NCBI GenBank assembly: GCA_036733285.1
Contig: DAINAU010000001.1
Coordinates: 18,954-82,953 of the forward strand
DNA from: a bacterium
GTDB lineage: Bacteria; JAGOBX01
Direction: 5' to 3'
DNA: 64,000 nt
In this document: positions 47,365 to 57,351 of the stretch, piece by piece
Numbering within the stretch: position 1 is the first letter of the stretch
How the letters are laid out: every line of letters begins with the position of its first letter
Made by a program: the position numbers and the translations under genes
The notes under the pieces: generated by a model
What the model was told of the DNA's origin: nothing
Database searches by the model: none
What the model saw: only the letters and a program-made list of their open reading frames with translations

Positions 47365-49992
47365 TCAAACTTTAGTTTTAGCGTCAATTATTCTTACGAA
47401 TAATTTATATATCTCGGATAAAATAAAAATAATAACCGCTATAGCCAAAGCAGAAAATAATTGAATTGGAGACAGCGGAACGGTTTTAAAAACCGCGTTT
47501 AACGGAGCGATATATACTACGGCGAGTTGGAGAGCCACCGTTATTATAACCGCGTAAATCAAAGGCATATTTGAAAAAAATTTTATTCCAAAAATACTAT
47601 TTTTTAAAGACCGCGCCGCAATCGTAACAGCCATTCTGCCAAAAATAAAAGCTGTAAAAACAATAGTTATGCTCTGATTTTTTGGGATAGAAAAATATTT
47701 TTCTGACAGCCATTGAAAAATAATCATTACGATTCCGATTATAAAACCGAACGAAAGAATAAAACCTCCTACCCCGTTTGAAAATATAGTTTCATCTGTT
47801 TTTCTCGGCGGTCTGCTCATAATATTTTTTTCCGCTGGTTCGGAAGTAAGGGATAATCCCGGAAGTCCGTCGCATAAAAGATTCATCCAAAGAATCTGAA
47901 CCGGTTTTAGAATATCAAGTCCTATAAAAGGCGCTATAAACACAGCCCATAAAGTTCCTGCGTTGCATGTCATTGTATAAGCGATATATTTTATTATGTT
48001 ATCGTAAATTTTTCTTCCTTCTTTAACAGCTTTGACTATAGTCGCAAAGTTATCGTCAAGCAGAATTATATGAGCCGCTTCTTTAGACACGGCGGTTCCC
48101 GTTATGCCCATAGCCACGCCGATATTAGAATTTTTTAAAGCTGGCGCATCGTTCACGCCATCGCCGGTCATAGCGGCAAAATGATTTTTTTCTTGAAGGG
48201 CTTTAACAATTTTCAGTTTTTGTTCAGGCGCCACGCGCGCGTAAATTTGAATGGATTCGACTTTATTTTTGAATTCCGATTCGGAAAATTTGTCAAGCTC
48301 TATTCCTGTTACCGCGTCTTCAAAATTCCCGTCCAGCATATTTAAACTTTTCGCGATAGTTTTCGCTGTCAAAGGATGGTCGCCCGTTATCATTACAGGT
48401 TTTATACCGGCGGTTTTGCATAAGGCAATAGCGTCTTTTACTTCCGCTCTCGCGGGATCTATCAAAGCCGTCAAACCAATAAAAACAAGGTTTCTTTCAA
48501 AAACTTCTGATTCTATTTTCAAAGGCGTTTCATCAATAAATTTCATAGCAAAACATATAGTTCTTTTTCCTTCGCCTGCAAATTTATCGTTGATTCTGGA
48601 AAGTTCTTTTATATCGATATCTTCAATCTTTCCGTTCTTATAAATTTTTGTAAGATGATCGGACATCACGTCAAAAGCGCCTTTTGTGAATGAAATATAA
48701 GCGTTATCCGAAACAGATTGATGGACGGTAGTCATACATTTTCTATCGGAATCAAAAGGAAGCTCAAATTTTCTCGGATACTTTTTTTCAATATTATTTT
48801 TATCGAAGCTATGAATTAAAGCGAAATTATTCAATCCGATTTCAGTTGCTTCTCCAATCATTTCGCCGCCCGCGCCAGTTTTGACGTCATTGTTCAAAGC
48901 GACCGCATTAAAAAACATTTCAGAATCGGATTTGTCTGTTTCTTCCGCGTTATAAAATTTTCCGTTGGTGTAATAATCGGTTACTGTCATTTTGTTCACG
49001 GTCAAAGTGCCGGTCTTATCCGAACAAATATAGGTTACGGAACCGAGAGTTTCCACGGCGGATAATTTGCGTATCAAAACGTTTTTCTTAACGAGTTGTT
49101 TTGCGCCGAGAGCAAGCGAAATAGTGATGACTGCGGGAAGCGCTTCCGGAATCGCGGCGACAGCCAAACTTACGGCGGTAAGAAACATATCTTTAAGATT
49201 TTCGCCGCGGACCGCGCCAGCGATAAAAAAAACAATGCAGATAACGAATATGGCTACGGATAATTTTTTTCCAAACGAAGTCAAACGAATCTGAAGCGGC
49301 GTTTTTATTTCATCTCCTGATTGAATCATTGAAGCGATTTTCCCGAGTTCCGTATTCATACCGGTATTAACGACAATGCCGGTTCCCCTGCCGTAAGTTA
49401 CAGCCGAACCGGCGTATATCATATTTTTACGGTCTCCGAGAGGAATATCAGTTTCATTAATTTTTTTGGAAAACTTCAATATTTCTTCCGATTCGCCTGT
49501 CAAGGCGGATTCGTTGGATTTCAAATTAAATGATTCGATTATCCTTATATCGGCGGGAGCTATGTTTCCGGCTTCCAAAACTACGATATCGCCCGGAACA
49601 AGGTCTTCGGCGCTTATATTAGTATGCGTTCCGTTTCTTATTGCGGCGCAAGAAGGCGTAGCCATTTTTTTTAGCGCTTCCATAGCTTTTTCAGCTCTGT
49701 ATTCCTGAATAAAACCTATTATCGCATTTATAACCACAATAATAACAATAGGCAATGAATCGTTTAATTCGCCAATAACCGCGGAAATTACTGCGGAAAT
49801 AATAAGTATGATAATCAAAAAATCAGTAAATTGATTTAAAAATAATACGACGGGATGTTTACGTTTTTTTTCGATTAAAATGTTTTTCCCGAATTTTTCA
49901 GTTTGAGTTTCAACCGAAATATCGTCAAGACCGTTTGACGAACTGTTAAATTTTGCGTAAATTTCTTCTATATCAAGATTATGCCATATCAT
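47365..49992 (-). CDS. Calcium-transporting P-type ATPase (P2-type).
   Basis: ICSDKTGTLT phosphorylation motif, TGDGVNDAPAL hinge motif, 10 TM helices, 875 aa. Confidence 0.9.
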   Translation of the reverse strand: MIWHNLDIEEIYAKFNSSSNGLDDISVETQTEKFGKNILIEKKRKHPVVLFLNQFTDFLIIILIISAVISAVIGELNDSLPIVIIVVINAIIGFIQEYRAEKAMEALKKMATPSCAAIRNGTHTNISAEDLVPGDIVVLEAGNIAPADIRIIESFNLKSNESALTGESEEILKFSKKINETDIPLGDRKNMIYAGSAVTYGRGTGIVVNTGMNTELGKIASMIQSGDEIKTPLQIRLTSFGKKLSVAIFVICIVFFIAGAVRGENLKDMFLTAVSLAVAAIPEALPAVITISLALGAKQLVKKNVLIRKLSAVETLGSVTYICSDKTGTLTVNKMTVTDYYTNGKFYNAEETDKSDSEMFFNAVALNNDVKTGAGGEMIGEATEIGLNNFALIHSFDKNNIEKKYPRKFELPFDSDRKCMTTVHQSVSDNAYISFTKGAFDVMSDHLTKIYKNGKIEDIDIKELSRINDKFAGEGKRTICFAMKFIDETPLKIESEVFERNLVFIGLTALIDPARAEVKDAIALCKTAGIKPVMITGDHPLTAKTIAKSLNMLDGNFEDAVTGIELDKFSESEFKNKVESIQIYARVAPEQKLKIVKALQEKNHFAAMTGDGVNDAPALKNSNIGVAMGITGTAVSKEAAHIILLDDNFATIVKAVKEGRKIYDNIIKYIAYTMTCNAGTLWAVFIAPFIGLDILKPVQILWMNLLCDGLPGLSLTSEPAEKNIMSRPPRKTDETIFSNGVGGFILSFGFIIGIVMIIFQWLSEKYFSIPKNQSITIVFTAFIFGRMAVTIAARSLKNSIFGIKFFSNMPLIYAVIITVALQLAVVYIAPLNAVFKTVPLSPIQLFSALAIAVIIFILSEIYKLFVRIIDAKTKV

Positions 49993-50025
49993 AAAATGTT
50001 AAACCTTCTTATTATTAAAATTTTT

Positions 50026-50691
50026 TTAATCTATATATTCAATATCATTTTCAAATTTTTTTATCAGGTAAGGAACTCCGAGTTCTTTGCGGGTCGATAA
50101 GAAATACTTTTTATACTTGATGGAAAATGAAACCGGATGCGACGGTTTATTGTTTTTTTGTTTAATAACAATTCCTTTCGAACTTGACGCGGCTTTTTGA
50201 GCCGTTTCAATCAAATCAGATTTCAATGTTATTCTTGATAAAAACGTTAAAACGAAAAAATCTTCGTTTAATAATCCGCTCATAGCCCGTTTAATAGAGG
50301 TTATAAGCGGAAGATTATATTTTTCATTTTCAACGGCATAGACGAAATCGCAATTTATCTTTGATAAATAATCTTCGGTTTTTTCTCCGTAGACAAAGAT
50401 AATTTTAGAATACGGATTTTCAACTGAAGCTATGACGTCATTGATTTCTCTTAGCGCCTTTAGCGCGGTTCGGTTGTCGCATTCTTTAGCCGCGACAATA
50501 ATCAAAGCCGAATTGCGGCGAATATTTATTTTTCTGTTCAAAAATATATTTTTTTCAAAATCGCCGATACTCGAAACAACCGCGACAGGCGAATTGTCTT
50601 TAGTCAAAATAATATTCTCGCCTTTTTTCAAATTTTCCGTTATTTTCAATAATTCTTTTCGCGCAAAAGTGATATTTAATATTTTTTTCAT
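50026..50691 (-). CDS. Hypothetical protein whose N-terminus resembles Phd/YefM antitoxins, fused to a roughly 170-aa unknown domain.
   Basis: ITFARKELLKITENLKKGENIILTKDNSPVAVVSSI resembles the Phd/YefM N-terminal fold. It is the last gene of the chemosensory-like operon. Confidence 0.4.
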   Translation of the reverse strand: MKKILNITFARKELLKITENLKKGENIILTKDNSPVAVVSSIGDFEKNIFLNRKINIRRNSALIIVAAKECDNRTALKALREINDVIASVENPYSKIIFVYGEKTEDYLSKINCDFVYAVENEKYNLPLITSIKRAMSGLLNEDFFVLTFLSRITLKSDLIETAQKAASSSKGIVIKQKNNKPSHPVSFSIKYKKYFLSTRKELGVPYLIKKFENDIEYID

Positions 50692-50786
50692 ATAAAGAAT
50701 TTAAAAACTTTATTACTATACATTGTTATACGCCGTTGCATTTAAATGGGCTGAATAGTAAGGAAACTTTGCCTTTTTTATCCGTG

Positions 50787-51983
50787 TCAAGATTCAAATT
50801 TCAATTTAATTATCTCAGACTGCAAATCCTCGACTGTTTTCGATAATGTGTTCAACTTCAAGTTTATATTTTTTATATTTTCATTTCCGCCGTTTATTCT
50901 GTCGAAAACTTTTGACAATTGCAGAGAATCCCGTTGCATTGTGTTTCTTATATTGTCGTCGATTTCAAAAAACCCGGATATAAACGCCGGAATCTGAATC
51001 AAATAAGAGTTCAATTGTTTAAAAATATCGGCGTTTTTTTCAAATTCAGTTTCAAAAGTTTTCGATGATTCAAACACAACCATCAGCGTATTCTTAATCT
51101 GCATTACTTCGTTTTTAATCGAATCGTTCATATTCTTTATGTTTTGCAAATTTTCTTCCCGCTCAAATTCGGAAGAATGTTCCGCCCCTTCCGCAGCGAT
51201 GTTTTCCTGATTGGAAAAAATATATGCGTTTAAAATATTAATCGACTGCCGTTCAAGATTGGTTATGATATTTGTGATTTTAGCTATTACTGATTCTTCC
51301 TTAGATTTGAAATCATTTTCAAAACTAACTATGTTGTCAAATATTTTATCAAAATCTTTTGAAATCAAAATTAATTTATTTAAATGTTCGGACAATTTGG
51401 TTTTATTTTTAAATTTACTTTCAATATGATTGTTAGAATTAGTAAAATTAATCTGAATCGTTTTTAAAATCGTCTCGGTCTCAAATAAAAAATCAGCCAC
51501 TTCTCCTGCTTTTTTCAGAATAAAACCGTTGTTGGTTTGACCGTTTTTCAAATCAGTGACTGATGCAACCTTAAATGATTCGAGTTCGGCTCTGAAGTCG
51601 TTTGCCGTTTTATCAAATTCTTTAAGCTTTTGTTCGGCGGTAGAATTTTCGGATTTTATTTTTTTTATATCCGAATACATTTGATTTAGAAGCATATTGA
51701 AATCCCGGGAATCAACAATATTAATATTATCATTTTTTTTAAGAGAATAATTTTTAACATAATCGTCTGAAATATCCTGAAATTTTAATTTCAAACATTT
51801 TTCATAAACATAATCAAAACTTAACGAACACGCTAACACCGTAATAACAGGCGAAATAATGATAAACAAATTCAGAAACGGCGAATAATTCAAGGAAATA
51901 TAATAATAGCAACCGAAATTAATTCCTAAAGATACGACGGCAAGAACTAAAAATAAATATAATTTTATGCGTTTATTAATCAT
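50787..51983 (-). CDS. Membrane-anchored coiled-coil protein.
   Basis: Two N-terminal TM helices, then about 330 aa that are heavily helical and coiled-coil-rich. Confidence 0.45.
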   Translation of the reverse strand: MINKRIKLYLFLVLAVVSLGINFGCYYYISLNYSPFLNLFIIISPVITVLACSLSFDYVYEKCLKLKFQDISDDYVKNYSLKKNDNINIVDSRDFNMLLNQMYSDIKKIKSENSTAEQKLKEFDKTANDFRAELESFKVASVTDLKNGQTNNGFILKKAGEVADFLFETETILKTIQINFTNSNNHIESKFKNKTKLSEHLNKLILISKDFDKIFDNIVSFENDFKSKEESVIAKITNIITNLERQSINILNAYIFSNQENIAAEGAEHSSEFEREENLQNIKNMNDSIKNEVMQIKNTLMVVFESSKTFETEFEKNADIFKQLNSYLIQIPAFISGFFEIDDNIRNTMQRDSLQLSKVFDRINGGNENIKNINLKLNTLSKTVEDLQSEIIKLKFES

Positions 51984-52010
51984 AATAATTTCAAAAAACC
52001 TCCGAAAAAA

Positions 52011-53603
52011 TCAAGCGCTGAAATCAGGTTCCAGAACCGGAGTCAATTCGTCGTCGAATATGGTATAACCAATAAAATAATCCGGCATCTTATTTTTCAA
52101 GTCGCGGACCGCGAAATTTTTTACAATAGCGTCTGTTTGCTCGATTATTTCATATACAGGCATAGCCAATTTCGCCGAACTGTTTGAAAATAAAATCGCC
52201 CTTTTGTATTCGTTTAAATTCTCGTATTTATGACCAAGACACTGCCAGATTGGAATTTTATCGTTTTTATTATTAAAAAACAATTTATTATTTTCGGATA
52301 TTTCAAAATTATCCGATTTTCCGCTCTCATAATAAATAATATCTTCAATATAATCAAGCGTGAACGCAAGCAGACTTCCGTTTTTGCAGAGTCTCGCGAA
52401 CACAAGCTGAGTCAAAATAATCTGAAACGGTATTCTGATAATAACGGTAGTTCCTTTGCCGGATTCGGATTTTAAAGCTAAAGTCCCTCCGATTTTTTCA
52501 ATATTGTTTTTTACGGCGTCCATACCTACGCCGCGTCCGGACGTATCGCTTACTTTTTCGGCGGTGCTGAATCCGGGCATAAATATCAGAGCGTAAATTT
52601 CTTCCTGACTCATTTTGCCCGCGTCAGACTCTTCGATAATTTTTTTTTCCAACGCCTTTTTCAGTATTTTTTCCGAATCAAGTCCTTTCCCGTCGTCAAT
52701 CATTTTTATAACGACATAATTTCCCGTTTGCTGAGCGCGAATCTCTATATTTCCAGTCTCGTTTTTATTTTTTGATTTTCTTATATCCGGCTCTTCTATG
52801 CCGTGATCGACTGAATTTTTTATCAAATGAATAAAAACCTCTCCTACGGTATCGGCTATTTTTTTGTCGATAACGACATTGTTGTCGTTTATAGTAAATA
52901 CGATTTTTTTTCCGAGTTTTGCCGCAAGGTCTCCGACTATGGAAGGAAATCTGTTAAATACCTGTATTAAAGGCATAAATGTAATTTTTGACAAACTGCC
53001 GTTTATCCGGTTGACTATATTGCTGATATTTCCAGAAATTTCCGTAAGCGAATCGTCAAGACCGCTTTTTTCTGAAAGCTTCAGAAGTTTATTTTTGTTT
53101 ATTGAAAGTTCGGTTATAATAGCCGCAAGCTGGTCGATTATGGCGCTGTCGATTTTGATAAACTCATTTATTTTTTTTTGTTTTGCAATAATGAAATCCT
53201 TATTTTTTTGGATTGACAAAATAAATCTTCTTAAATTAGAATAAGCCGGAGAAGAAATTTTTTCCGAATATTTATCAGCTTCTTCAATAAATTCAATTTC
53301 AGAATATATTACCCAGTTATTAGGTTCGACTCCATTGGCAAGATTAATTTCAGCGGCTAAATCCTGAAATAACAGCGAAAGCGAATCGAAATCAGAATCG
53401 CTTGAAATTCCGTTTTCCAGTAAAGAAACGAGAAGATGAATTTTATTTAACGCGCGCGAAGCTCCTGATTTGATTGAATCCGGAAATCTCAACAATGATT
53501 TATAAATATTCTCTTCTTTCTGAAAATATTCCGGCAGCGTAACGGAAGCGTCTAAATTATTTATAAACGAAGAATTTACAATCCGTTCCAGTTTTTTATT
53601 CAT
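52011..53603 (-). CDS. cheA: CheA-type histidine kinase core lacking the Hpt domain (P3 dimerisation, P4 HATPase_c and P5 CheW-like domains).
   Basis: HLIKNSVDHGIEEPDIRK...FMPGFSTAEKVSDTSGRGVGMDAVK...GKGTTVIIRIPF (CheA N, G1, F and G2 boxes). The segment just before it, ITFMPLIQVFNRFPSIVGDLA, resembles the region upstream of the CheA ATP lid. A CheW-like C-terminal domain follows. No HTIKG-containing Hpt domain is present. Confidence 0.8.
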   Translation of the reverse strand: MNKKLERIVNSSFINNLDASVTLPEYFQKEENIYKSLLRFPDSIKSGASRALNKIHLLVSLLENGISSDSDFDSLSLLFQDLAAEINLANGVEPNNWVIYSEIEFIEEADKYSEKISSPAYSNLRRFILSIQKNKDFIIAKQKKINEFIKIDSAIIDQLAAIITELSINKNKLLKLSEKSGLDDSLTEISGNISNIVNRINGSLSKITFMPLIQVFNRFPSIVGDLAAKLGKKIVFTINDNNVVIDKKIADTVGEVFIHLIKNSVDHGIEEPDIRKSKNKNETGNIEIRAQQTGNYVVIKMIDDGKGLDSEKILKKALEKKIIEESDAGKMSQEEIYALIFMPGFSTAEKVSDTSGRGVGMDAVKNNIEKIGGTLALKSESGKGTTVIIRIPFQIILTQLVFARLCKNGSLLAFTLDYIEDIIYYESGKSDNFEISENNKLFFNNKNDKIPIWQCLGHKYENLNEYKRAILFSNSSAKLAMPVYEIIEQTDAIVKNFAVRDLKNKMPDYFIGYTIFDDELTPVLEPDFSA

Positions 53604-55605
53604 TTATGGTAAAATCCTGCATTTTGATTCTTAACGAATCAGCAATATCCTTTAATTTATTAACTGAAATATTCAATTGTTTTATAGTTTCGCGCTCTTC
53701 ATAAATCGCTTTAGCGGTAGACGTGATTAAATTCGACATTTGCGAAGTAACCTGACTGATATTTTCCGTAGAAGCGAAAATCGTTTTACTTTCCTTATCG
53801 ATATCTGAAATCATATTCGATATATCATTAATCATAACCTTATCCGTATTAACCTTCTCGACGATTTCATTCATCGAGTTCATTAAAATATTCGAAGTCA
53901 TTATTCCGGATTCGATATTTTTCAAACCGGCTTTTGTGGAATTGAATATTTTCTCAATTAACACGTTGTTGTTATCCATCAGTTTCATTATATTGGACGA
54001 ATAATCGGATATGAATTTGCTTAAATTGCGGACCTCGACCGCTATGTTTGTAATTGATTTATCCTGTTGTCCGCCTTTTTGGGCTATGACGTTTACGCTG
54101 TAAGCGAGCATCCGCGTTCTTGTGGCTATGTCTTCAATAACCTTTATAATATCCTTGATTTCAAAAGAAAACTTATTCAATTCGGTAACTAACGCGTCGG
54201 TCTGTTTAAATCCGTCTTCGATATTTTCCATTTTTGACAATAAATTATTGAACGAGTCTTTTCCTTCGGTAGTCACATTCTCGGTCGTTTTCGCGTTTTG
54301 ATTCAAGGTAACCACGTTTTGAGTCATTTGTCCAAGCGTATCGACAAAACGTTTCAATCTGTCAGCGGTAGCGTTGACGTCCATAGAATTATTTAAAACT
54401 CCGACTTCGATTTCATTTATGTTTCCGGAAATCGTGTCTATCGTAGTGGTGGTGTGCCTTGAAAAATTCAACAAATTATGATTTTCATTTGTGATGGATT
54501 TTATTATTCCGTTTATTGTCGAAATAATATTGTTGAGTTCGTCCACCATTGTGTCGATTCCATCGCCGAGAATCTTAATTTCATCGTTTCTACGCATTTT
54601 TATTTTCTCGGTCAAAATTCCTTTGGAAATCTTTTGGAGAGCCGGAACCATTGAAATAATAGGTTTGGCAATATTTTTTCCGAATAAAAAAGCGAGTATT
54701 AAACCAGGTATTGAGAATCCGATAAAATAATAGTAAGCGTTTTCCTTTACGTCGTTTTTTATGTTTTTCTGAATTACTATAAGATTTTGTTTGATTTTGT
54801 CTATTTCTTCGGTTTTCTGTTTTATTGATTCCTCTTGAAGCCGGTTTTTTTCAAGAACTATTTTCTGTTTAAAATTCGCCTGCATTGTATCTATTTCTTT
54901 ATATAAATTTTCAAGCGAAAATCCTAAAACAACAACGCCCCATAATTCGTTGTTTATTACAATAGGTTGAACTATTTTATAAATATTTATTTTAAACTTC
55001 GCGTCTAAATAATCTTCGCCCTGGATTTTTTTTGTTTTAAAAGATTTATCCACTAACCCGTCGGATATGTTCTTGCCTTCAAATTCGGAATTTTTATAAT
55101 AAGTCTCATCGCCGGATTTTTTCTTTTTTTCCGTAAAATAAATCGACGTTTTATAAAACATAGCGCTCTTCTGATTATCAATCAAAGCCGCGTATACGAC
55201 CGTATTGTCGTTTTTAAAAATTTCGTTGAACGCGGTAACTCCGAAACCGAAATCATAATTTGAAATCGCATTTCCAAGCTGTCCGGAAAGATTTGTTATT
55301 ATGGCTTTTCCTTTTTCCATAGTGGCTTGAGTCAAATTATTTTTTAAAAGCTCGGTTGTCTCCGTGAACTGTTTGTTTAACAGCGTGTCGATTTGATCAA
55401 TAGTGTATTTGAAATTCTTGTTGATTAAATTTTCGCTGTTTCCAATAAAAGATTTATTTTGATTATTTACAATATTCATGCTGCCGCGGAAATTAAACCA
55501 GATAAGCAGCGAAATAATTATCATTACAAGACCGAGAATAAATATGGTAAATTTTCCGGCTAATGTGCGCGTTAAAAAAGTGAAAAATTTCTTAAATATT
55601 TTCAT
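53596..55605 (-). CDS. Methyl-accepting chemotaxis protein (two TM helices, periplasmic sensor, HAMP, MCP signalling domain).
   Basis: TM1, a roughly 260-aa periplasmic region, TM2, HAMP, then a signalling domain with a degenerate highly-conserved-domain motif (RMLAYSVNVIAQKGGQQDKSITNIAVEVRNLSKF). Confidence 0.8.
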   Translation of the reverse strand: MKIFKKFFTFLTRTLAGKFTIFILGLVMIIISLLIWFNFRGSMNIVNNQNKSFIGNSENLINKNFKYTIDQIDTLLNKQFTETTELLKNNLTQATMEKGKAIITNLSGQLGNAISNYDFGFGVTAFNEIFKNDNTVVYAALIDNQKSAMFYKTSIYFTEKKKKSGDETYYKNSEFEGKNISDGLVDKSFKTKKIQGEDYLDAKFKINIYKIVQPIVINNELWGVVVLGFSLENLYKEIDTMQANFKQKIVLEKNRLQEESIKQKTEEIDKIKQNLIVIQKNIKNDVKENAYYYFIGFSIPGLILAFLFGKNIAKPIISMVPALQKISKGILTEKIKMRRNDEIKILGDGIDTMVDELNNIISTINGIIKSITNENHNLLNFSRHTTTTIDTISGNINEIEVGVLNNSMDVNATADRLKRFVDTLGQMTQNVVTLNQNAKTTENVTTEGKDSFNNLLSKMENIEDGFKQTDALVTELNKFSFEIKDIIKVIEDIATRTRMLAYSVNVIAQKGGQQDKSITNIAVEVRNLSKFISDYSSNIMKLMDNNNVLIEKIFNSTKAGLKNIESGIMTSNILMNSMNEIVEKVNTDKVMINDISNMISDIDKESKTIFASTENISQVTSQMSNLITSTAKAIYEERETIKQLNISVNKLKDIADSLRIKMQDFTINE

Positions 55606-56791
55606 AATTTATCAAATTGTTTCCGTCGATGATTTTAATTTTTTCCGATTTATACAAATATACCATATCCTTAACCGTTAAATCAAGAAAAATATCGTCC
55701 GGATTAATTTTTTTAATTTCAATAATCTCGTCGATAAACAAACCAGCGATTCCATTTGCCGTGTTCAACAAAAGAATCTTATTCTGATTATCGCAATGTT
55801 TTGATATTTTTACTACTGGCGCGGCTCTGTCAAGATATCTTATCAATCCAATGTTGCGTTTAAACGGATGCCAGAAAATTTTCTCGCTTAATTCGACTAT
55901 TTTAATGATATTAAGACAAACTACGGCGAATAATTCTCCGCTTTTTTTTACAACCACGGATAAAAGATATTTTTCCGGCAATGTGACGGCGTCGGTCTTT
56001 TTCTTTTTTTCGGAATAATCGCGCAAATCTACGTTATCAACCCTGTAATCCTGAACCGCGTCAATATTCAATTCTATGGCTTTTTTCAAAGCCGTTTCTG
56101 TCTGTTTGTCGGAATCCAAAAAGAATTCGAGTTTATAATCGCATAGTTCCGCGGTAAAATCCTCTTTGCCAAGATAATCCCTGTCCGGTATCATTCTGAT
56201 AATTTGAACGCCGGATTGGTCGATAGACATAAGAAACTGAAACATTTTTATATCCGCGAACATATTGGTCTTATCAAAAATAACCGCGACTTTTCTACAA
56301 GTGAAATTTTTAAATTTCTTTTTATACTCGTCTATTTCCTTTTCGGTAAAAACAATTTTATCCGGAATTTTATATTTGGATTTTTGAACGCCGGATTTAC
56401 CCTCGATGATTTCAGTCAATCTGGTTTTGTAATCGTCAAAATTAAATGTTTCATCAATATCCGGGTCCGCTTTAATTTTTTCTATGCTTTCCGCGACAAG
56501 ATAAATTCCCTCGTTCAAACATTGTTTTAATTTATCCTCGAAAGATATTTTCCCGTCCCTCAAAGCTCCGAACGCGTTTTCCAAAGAATGAGTCAGCTTT
56601 GACAGATTGGTCAAACCGCATGACCCCGAATTTCCTTTTATCGTATGAACGTATCTGAAAATCGTATGTATCGGCTCGATATTCGAACTGTCGCTTTCGT
56701 ATTCTTTCATACAGGCGGCGGTTCCGGCAAGCTGGTCTTCAACCTCGTTAAGAAATATTGATAAATACTGTTTTCTTTTCGCGGGATCCAT
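55592..56791 (-). CDS. Hpt (CheA P1) domain protein fused to a middle domain and a C-terminal CheW-like domain (CheA3-like).
   Basis: IHTIFRYVHTIKGNSGSCGL (phospho-accepting His in HTIKG) and a C-terminal CheW-like region (YLLSVVVKKSGELFAV...GLFIDEIIEI). Its stop overlaps the MCP start. Confidence 0.75.
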   Translation of the reverse strand: MDPAKRKQYLSIFLNEVEDQLAGTAACMKEYESDSSNIEPIHTIFRYVHTIKGNSGSCGLTNLSKLTHSLENAFGALRDGKISFEDKLKQCLNEGIYLVAESIEKIKADPDIDETFNFDDYKTRLTEIIEGKSGVQKSKYKIPDKIVFTEKEIDEYKKKFKNFTCRKVAVIFDKTNMFADIKMFQFLMSIDQSGVQIIRMIPDRDYLGKEDFTAELCDYKLEFFLDSDKQTETALKKAIELNIDAVQDYRVDNVDLRDYSEKKKKTDAVTLPEKYLLSVVVKKSGELFAVVCLNIIKIVELSEKIFWHPFKRNIGLIRYLDRAAPVVKISKHCDNQNKILLLNTANGIAGLFIDEIIEIKKINPDDIFLDLTVKDMVYLYKSEKIKIIDGNNLINYENI

Positions 56792-56902
56792 AATTTGTTA
56801 TTCTATAAAATATTTATTAAAAAATCAATTAAAAGGTTATATTTTAAAAATCCGAAAAAAGAAATGAAAAAATATTTTTTTGAAAATTTAAAATTTAAAC
56901 TT

Positions 56903-56930
56903 GACTTATCGGATTTTTTTTATATAATTG
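56903..56930 (+). promoter_or_regulatory. Sigma70-like promoter for acpP (TTGACT, 16-bp spacer, TATAAT).
   Basis: TTGACT at 56903-56908 and TATAAT at 56925-56930. An AGGAGG RBS precedes the acpP ATG. Confidence 0.45.
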
Positions 56931-56973
56931 CGCTTGAATTAAAAAAAATGTTTTTTTTAGCAGGAGGTTAATA

Positions 56974-57210
56974 ATGAGCGAAATCGCTGATAAAGTTAAA
57001 AAAATTATTCAAGAACAATTAGACGTAGAAGAATCTCAAATCACCGAAGAAGCTTCTTTTATTGAAGATTTAGGCGCGGACTCGCTTGATCAGGCTGAAC
57101 TTATAATGGCTCTTGAAGAAGAACTCGATATCGATATTCCGGATGAAGAAGCCGAAAAACTTACCACAGTCGGCTCTGCAATCAAATATATCGAAGAAAA
57201 ATTAGCGTAA
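56974..57210 (+). CDS. acpP: Acyl carrier protein.
   Basis: The 78-aa product has [18 protein letters not shown], including the phosphopantetheine-attachment Ser. Confidence 0.92.
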   Translation: MSEIADKVKKIIQEQLDVEESQITEEASFIEDLGADSLDQAELIMALEEELDIDIPDEEAEKLTTVGSAIKYIEEKLA

Positions 57211-57271
57211 AACATTTTTTCATTTTTTGAAAATCGTAGATTTTTGAAAACATTTTAAATTACCATAATAA

Positions 57272-57334
57272 GCGGAAGGCAATCAAATATAAATCAAACA
57301 GATTATATTGATTTAACTTCCGCTTTTATTTTTT
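57272..57334 (+). terminator. Rho-independent terminator after acpP.
   Basis: GCGGAAG...CTTCCGC outer stem with an extended AU-rich inner stem, then TTTTATTTTTT. Confidence 0.55.
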
Positions 57335-57351
57335 AAGGGAGTTTTGAAAAA

